Shown here piece by piece: positions 39,300 through 45,972 of a stretch of 45,972 bases of DNA. The DNA lies in the NCBI RefSeq assembly GCF_001194135.2, contig NC_068981.1, forward strand, positions 44,252,832 to 44,298,803, given 5' to 3'. Each line of letters starts with the position of its first letter. Position 1 is the first letter of the stretch. A program made the translations under genes and the position numbers. The notes below the pieces were generated by a model. It saw nothing but the letters and a program-made list of their open reading frames with translations, was not told the origin of the DNA and did no database searches. The DNA is from Octopus bimaculoides (lineage: Eukaryota).

Positions 39300-40250
39300 A
39301 TTTAAAATTTACAGAAAAACAAAAGATGAAGACAGGTGTATAAAGAATAAGCAAGTGTATTAATTTGACGCACGGGAAGGTGAGAAAGAGTTTTATGTTT
39401 CAAGCCTACACACTTCAACAGAAAGGAACACAAGGAAATAAACAGAGTGAGAGAGAGAATAAAACCTTATGGAGTTAGGGGTCAATCATAGCGACTGGTT
39501 GGACAAAGGTAGTTAGACAGGAGAGCTAGGAAGAAGGGGAGATAAGAAAGTATTCGTAATAACAAAACGAAGGTGCACATGTGCTTATGTATGTAAAAGT
39601 GTGTAAGTGTGTGGGTGTGGATAGGGGTTGGTGACTTTGAGGTGTGGATGTGTGCGTCTGTAATGTATGCGCATATGGGTGACGTTGCGGGTGCTGAAAA
39701 GTGGTCAGTGCCTGTGTGTGCGGGATAGTGTGATGTGGTGTTGTGTGTGGTGTGGTATGGCGGTGTTGGGGTGTAGGGATGTGAGGGTGAGGTATGGGTT
39801 TGGGGTGAGGATGTTGGAGTAGAGGTGGAGTGTGTGGGAGTGGGATTTGAAGGTGTCTGGATGGAGTGGGGTGTGGTGTTGTGTGGATAGATTGGGTATC
39901 GATGAAGGGAGAAGGTGGTTAGGAATGAAGAGAGTAAATAAGTGTCAGCGCTTGAGAGGAGATGTGGGTAAGAGTGAAGAGAAGTATCAGATGAAGAGAG
40001 GAGAAGAGGGGGTCAGATGAAGTGGGGAGGGGAGTTAGTGGAAGTGGAGAATAGGAGCGAAGGCGGGTGTCTGGATGACCCTTGTGCAAAGACAATCCGA
40101 GCACAGACTGGTGTTACAGTTCTATATTTAAGAGATGAGGAATTATTTACATTTGACGGATTATTTACATTCGGCTGATATAACCTCCAGCCTTCATCAG
40201 GTGTCTTGGGGAAATTTCGAACCTGAGTTCTCATTCCTAAGGTATTTTCG
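39300..40250 (-). mobile_element. Penelope-like pLTR remnant (G-rich strand), with hammerhead-like motifs near both ends
   Basis: Minus strand carries CTGATGA..GAA at 40168-40206, a remnant LGLSLHKGHPDTRLR, a strongly C-rich stretch like 17300-17940, and a variant CTGTTGA..GAAAC at ~39390-39425. Confidence 0.5.
40168..40206 (-). ncRNA. Truncated type-I hammerhead motif
   Basis: gacac-CTGATGA-a-GGCTGG agg ttata TCAGCC-GAA. Stem II is intact; the sequence breaks off after GAA. Confidence 0.6.
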
Positions 40251-40804
40251 ACGTTTACTGAATAATAATAATAATAATAATAATAACAGTAATAGGGGAG
40301 CATCATAGTAATAGGTGAGCATCATAGCCATGTGTTGAGAGGAATTCTTTGGGGTTTGAATAATTCACCTTTGGAAACATGGGTGTTTTGCTCAACATCC
40401 TTAAACGAACCTTATTCAGGGACCTTTTGAGCGGGATAGGTTACTCGATCTGAAGAAAAATCTAACTGGGCCCCACCTGCGAGGTCATGCACTGTTTATC
40501 TTGATATGAGNNNNNNNNNNNNNNNNNNNNNNNNNNNNNNNNNNNNNNNNNNNNNNNNNNNNNNNNNNNNNNNNNNNNNNNNNNNNNNNNNNNNNNNNNN
40601 NNNNNNNNNNNNNNNNNNNNNNNNNNNNNNNNNNNNNNNNNNNNNNNNNNNNNNNNNNNNNNNNNNNNNNNNNNNNNNNNNNNNNNNNNNNNNNNNNNNN
40701 NNNNNNNNNNNNNNNNNNNNNNNNNNNNNNNNNNNNNNNNNNNNNNNNNNNNNNNNNNNNNNNNNNNNNNNNNNNNNNNNNNNNNNNNNNNNNNNNNNNN
40801 NNNN

Positions 40805-40896
40805 AAGAAGAAGAAGAAGAAGAAGAAGAAGAAGAAGAAGAAGAAGAAGAAGAAGAAGAAGAAGAAGAAGAAGAAGAAGAAGAAGAAGAAGAAGAA
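40805..40896. repeat. (AAG)n microsatellite at a gap edge
   Basis: Seen directly. Confidence 0.95.
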
Positions 40897-40945
40897 CATC
40901 AAAAAATACCTTATGAATGAGAACCCAGTTTCGAAATTTCCTCAA

Positions 40946-40983
40946 GACACCTTATGAAGGCTGGAACATATATCAGCCGAAAC
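40946..40983 (+). ncRNA. Mutated type-I hammerhead motif (inverted copy of 40168-40206)
   Basis: gacac-CTTATGA-a-GGCTGG aacatata TCAGCC-GAAAC. G5 has become T; stem III and the 3' strand of stem I are lost. Confidence 0.6.
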
Positions 40984-41321
40984 AACAGAAGACTTATCAG
41001 GGCTGCCACATGGTAACGTTCATATCAACATCAATTTTCAATGAGAATATACGAAGCAACACAAAAATGTACGGAATTTGAGTATAAGTAAATAGATGTA
41101 TAGATCATGTAATTTATAGAATTATCAAAATTCTTTTCTGCCTTGCATTAACCCGGGTAACTTTGGATTGGTTAATTCCTCATACATACTACATGAGAAC
41201 GCCTGTGCACGTCGCTATTTCTTAATATAAATACTCGTATATGTTTGCCTGCACATCCATAGCAAATATGCTTCCAAACACACATAAACAGGAATACGTA
41301 CAGAAATTAACACACAATGAA

Positions 41322-41365
<44 letters not shown>

Positions 41366-41927
41366 CCACACACACACACACATACATATATATATACATA
41401 TATAGCATACATACATATATGTATATGTATGTATATATATATATATATATAATCCAAAGACCGTTAGAAGTTGTGAATCCAACCAAGTAAAGCATAGTAT
41501 CTCGTAGAATACCTAATTAATACACAAGTATTGGTTATTGCATAGCAATTACCCTACTGAGTATAATAATTAGGCGAGGATAAAAAGTAGTTTTACCCTT
41601 AATTTATATGGCAAGAAGAACATGAAGGGAATCCAGAGGTAGTATTCGTCAGCCGCTAGACATTATATTATGTCTATTTATTTATTTTAAAGAGTTCAGA
41701 TAATATATAAATACATGTGTAAAGTATTAGTAATTTCTAGAATAGAAAAAGAAGAGCAGTTTCTTACAGCCGTTTCTGCCAAGAGGTCACAGTAACCGAT
41801 ATGTTATTTCCATCTTTTCAGTGTACTGTAGTAATCTGTAAATAAAATTAGGGTACTTGGCTGTGCCTTTAGGCTTCGTCGGTGAGTTCTATAATATAGT
41901 CCAAGAAGTTCATAGGGCTAATTTGTG

Positions 41928-42015
<88 letters not shown>

Positions 42016-42122
42016 NNNNNNNNNNNNNNNNNNNNNNNNNNNNNNNNNNNNNNNNNNNNNNNNNNNNNNNNNNNNNNNNNNNNNNNNNNNNNNNNNNNNN
42101 NNNNNNNNNNNNNNNNNNNNNN

Positions 42123-43765
42123 ATTTTGGAAAACAAATTTCCAAATCAATCAGGTACAACTCTTCAGAATTGTATGCATGTGCATATCGTACCTTGGGAT
42201 CTTATTTATCGTATATTTATCTATAAATATAGAAAGTATCGGATAAATGTCAATATTAATTCAAGTTTGAAGAAGTCGGCCGCGAGGAAGTTGATTATAA
42301 TATATAAAGATAAACTAAGGACAAGAAAAGGCACTACAGATTGTTTTCATATATACATGGGTGCACCGGATTCAGCCGAGGCTACCAAACTTGTAGATTT
42401 ATATCGCTTATCTCAGCTAGAAATATAATTTACAAATATAGAGGGTGGTCTTTATAGCCACGACATACTACTTATAACCAGGAATTGTACTAATAGGTCA
42501 TTAGAATGACTTATAAGAAGGTGTACATGTTCGTTAAGAATAATGGCCTAGGGATATCTAAAGAGAATGAGCATTATGCAGTAAATTATCGAGAAGTCAA
42601 CCTCAATCTAGTCACTAATAAGATCCATCCGTTCCATGATTGAATGAAAAACTAAAGTATATTAGTTTTTCAAGTAACCATCCTAGATCATTTAAAGAAG
42701 CTTTAATAAATAATATAAGTAAAAGAAATATCTATGCTATCCTCATATTATGACACTTTTAATAAACATACCCCATAAAGCATTAAAAGAAGCAGGATAC
42801 ATCTCTAATATATAATTCTTTAACTATTATGAACACATTAATAATAATAATCGTAATAAAAATAAAAGACAATATAATAAACTAGACATAGATAAAAACG
42901 ATATAGTTGTTATTAATGATAACAATGATAATTGTAATATTGATAATGAGAGCATGAGCAATAGTAAGAAACATACTAAAGTATACAAGAAGTGGAATAA
43001 TATACCTAAGAATAACAATTTAATACCGATGATATCTCTAATAATAATATAAAAATATTAAAAATAAAACGGATATTATATGGTTAATTATTCAGTATGG
43101 GGTTCAAGTGATGACTAATATTATTAAGGAGACACTTAAAATAGTAAAAATGTTTTTTAGAAATGGACAGTAGTTATCTAAATATATTTTCCAATAAAAC
43201 CATAAGAGCTGGATACTCACCATCGAGAACTGTAGGCAATATCATTTCCTCAATAAGTAATAAGAATTTAAATAATTATTATAATAGCATAAAAAATAAT
43301 AGCTCTAGTCATAATGTAACCGATTGTGATAGAAGTCTTAATGAACATATAGAAAAATGTTCATGTTATGATAAGACTAAATGTAAGCTCTCTAATAATT
43401 GTAATATTGATTATGTAATCTATAAATGTAGAGTTAGCTCTAAGAACAATAATAATAAAATTATCAATAAGGTTTATATTGGATCAACAGCTAATGAAAT
43501 ATAAAAAAAAAGAATACCCAACACTACCAGACCATTAAAAATCCCAATTTAAGTAAGTCCAGAGGCTTAAGTAAGTATATATTGGAATTAAAATCCAGAA
43601 AAATAGAGTACACTCTTAATTGGAGTATTATAGGTAGAGTCCACTCCTATAATATCGGGAATGAAATGTCTTTATTATGCATAACAGAACTTATGAAACT
43701 ACTACAGTCTAGAGATGAATTATTGTACACATATGATGAACGTAGAACTCTATGCCCGAATCCTA
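42123..43765 (+). pseudogene. Penelope-like retroelement: decayed RT plus GIY-YIG endonuclease
   Basis: RT: FHIYMGAPDSAEATKLVDLY.LSQL, GLYSHDIL (decayed YRDD), EVNLNL, SNHPRSF, ALKEAGY. EN: C-S-C..KTKCKLSNNCNIDYVIYKCRV (43415) ..KVYIGSTA (43475), LSKYILELKSRKIEYTLNWSII, LCITE. Confidence 0.88.
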
Positions 43766-44009
43766 TCTTTGTAGTCATATCCAAAGAATTGCATGTGGTG
43801 CATGGAGTTCTGTACATGTTTCTTTGTTTCGTAGGCTTCGCATAAGTGGGAAAGATAATTCATTATCCTAACTCTGACATTAGTATGTTGATTTTCATCT
43901 TGTGTGACAAAGATGAGTTCTTGTGAACAAAACATTTAGAAGCATAACACTCGCATGTACATAGTTAGAACGATCGGATCATATTTAGAACACAGTCAAT
44001 GTAAGACCA

Positions 44010-44108
44010 TGTACATTTGCACACACCTGTTCGTGGCAGAGTGTGCAAATGTTCTGAACGTTATTCCACATGAGTTCGCTTCATTGACAGGCATCTTCGT
44101 CGGGACTG
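44010..44108 (-). pseudogene. Possible piggyBac-like C-terminal Cys-rich domain remnant
   Basis: With two frameshifts it reads SRRRC-xCQ-KRT-NNVQNICTLCHEQVCANVH. No DDD core motif could be confidently found upstream. Confidence 0.25.
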
Positions 44109-45972
44109 TTTCGAGCCGGCATAACCTTCCTTGTGGATGGTTTTTAAAATGGCAGTGGTAATCTAGATTAAGTGAGGTATCCTCAGCAAATGCATATTGC
44201 AAAGATTCTTCCTACCCCTTATATTTGATTTGCATTTATAGAGAGTGTTGTTAAATGGGTACTCGTCGATTCCTAGCATCTTGATGAATTGGAAGATTCG
44301 AATGACCTGGCTAGCGCTGTCAGTGCGTCTAATGTGAATACGGGCAAGATCGTTCTGAAGATCTTCAGTATTGTGTTGCCATCCTCATGTGAGAATGAGA
44401 ATATCCTACACATGCTCTAACCAGTCTAAGTAAGTAATGGCTAGAAAATATGAGAAGCTTGACAGATGGACACATCCAAACACTGTGTTTGTGTTGCCGA
44501 GAAGGGCAACGAACACTTTGGAGTCTCTGACAATATTTGATAGTTATGTTTAGTGAGGCCACTTGTCATTAATTAAGTATCAATTCCTATGAAGGTGACA
44601 GAAATACACTGAAATATTGAAAATTAATCAATATCTGCAGTGAATATGTCGTATTGGTGTATGTGTGCTGTATCATTAGATCCTACATCGAAGCATTCAT
44701 TAAAAGGTATTTGCACATCGGGGAAATCGAAATCAGATATCAAAGTTATTCCGCTAAGTAACTGCTTGAAATTTACTCTCCTTTCTACAGCTCTCATCCT
44801 TTCACGATATCGCTATCAGACACAGCGCAACTCACTTGATGCTTAATTTTGTTGACATTGTAAACATTGACATCAATCATATTAATGAACGTGTGCTCTG
44901 AGAAAATTAAATAATCAGGTATAAAATTATAACGTATGTTTATTTCAGCACATTTGGTAATATTTTGGTGGAGTGGAGGCGGGAAGAACCAAAAATAACA
45001 AAACAAAAAAGGTAATAATTATCATCATCAAAGATAAAATAGTGAAAAAATTATTCAAAAATACGGGAATAAAATATTACTTAAAAGAATTTTAAAGCTT
45101 GAAAGCATAAATGGAAATTAATTATCTCTTGATTATATGATCAAATTATTTATGTTTGTGTACACAATTTCATATTTCATAAATTTCAAATTTATATCTA
45201 TGCATTGCGTTTAGTAATGGTTCATATTTTGGAAAAATATTAATAAAATGATATAATCAATAATAAAACAAACTCAACAGGTTTGTATATAGGAACACTT
45301 GCTTTGAGTAAAATGTTCTGATTGCGAACATGATGAAAAATTATGTTATATATAGAAGCAGAGGCCGAAATTAGTAGGATGTTGATCAGCAAGTAAGTGG
45401 TATGTAGAAGTAAATACAATGAAAGCAATTAGTGCTCAGATGAAGTGGTGATATCATAAAAAAACCGACAAAGGAGTAGAATAATGATTGTACAATGGCA
45501 CATTTAGCATCATAGATATATACTAATTGTTCGATATTCTTGCTAGACAGCCGTGAGTTTTAAACATTCTAATATATTTCTTAACGTCTAGGTGAAGGAA
45601 AATGTTTTCATAAGTCACAAAGTATTTCAACAGCATATCTATGTAGAATCAGACGGGAAAAAATTAATTAAATAATACAAAAATGATAAAAGAAGGAGGT
45701 AATTAAACCAAACACGAAGTATATAGGGGAACATTTAAGAAAACATGAGAATGGGGGAGAAAGAAATGTACGAATAAATGCAAAGAAAAAGAAAAGAAAA
45801 AGAAATGAAGTACCATTGAGATTTGAGTGATAAGAAGTAAAAGAGATTAAAAAATTAAATTGACATTAAAAGTAACATACAAACATGTATGCGTGAAGGT
45901 ATATATATATATATTTGCATATATATATGTATATATTTTATATATGTATGTACATATATATATATATATATA

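Larger units (their letters stand above)
1..45972. other. Repeat-rich non-genic eukaryotic DNA with multiple assembly gaps; most gaps are flanked by (TA)n, (CA)n or (AAG)n microsatellites
   Basis: About 16 N-runs (e.g. 3241-3501, 4422-4964, 28104-28984, 38164-39133), most bordered by simple repeats. Long ORFs in the track run through N or microsatellite sequence. Confidence 0.9.

Noticed and set aside
1-45972. CRISPR arrays, rRNA or genuine tRNA genes, prokaryotic operons
   Set aside because: No repeat-spacer periodicity was seen. The tRNA-like sequences are SINE heads without a complete cloverleaf. The DNA is eukaryotic.

Overview
AT-rich, microsatellite-dense eukaryotic intergenic or intronic DNA with many N gaps. 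The repeat content and tRNA-derived SINE types suggest a cephalopod (Octopus-like) genome, which is an inference. I cannot support any host protein-coding gene. Almost all ORFs in the track are artefacts of (TA)n/(CA)n/(CATA)n repeats or N-runs. The recognisable content is decayed mobile DNA: (i) a ~1.2 kb Tc1/mariner element with DD36E spacing (4992-~6207); (ii) a stack of R4/Dong-clade RLE-type LINE copies, all embedded in (TACA)n tracts (6420-10691); (iii) several Penelope-like element (PLE) remnants with RT or GIY-YIG sequence and degenerate type-I hammerhead ribozyme motifs; (iv) three unrelated long foldback (inverted-repeat) elements (19334-19986, 30724-30968, 31303-31881); (v) many SINEs; (vi) an exact four-tract (TTAGGG) G-quadruplex motif. 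The most interesting leads are the apparent (TACA)n-targeting R4 lineage, which carries its own target repeat in its 3' UTR, and the young hairpin-rich 281-bp inverted duplication. All alignments and translations were done by eye.
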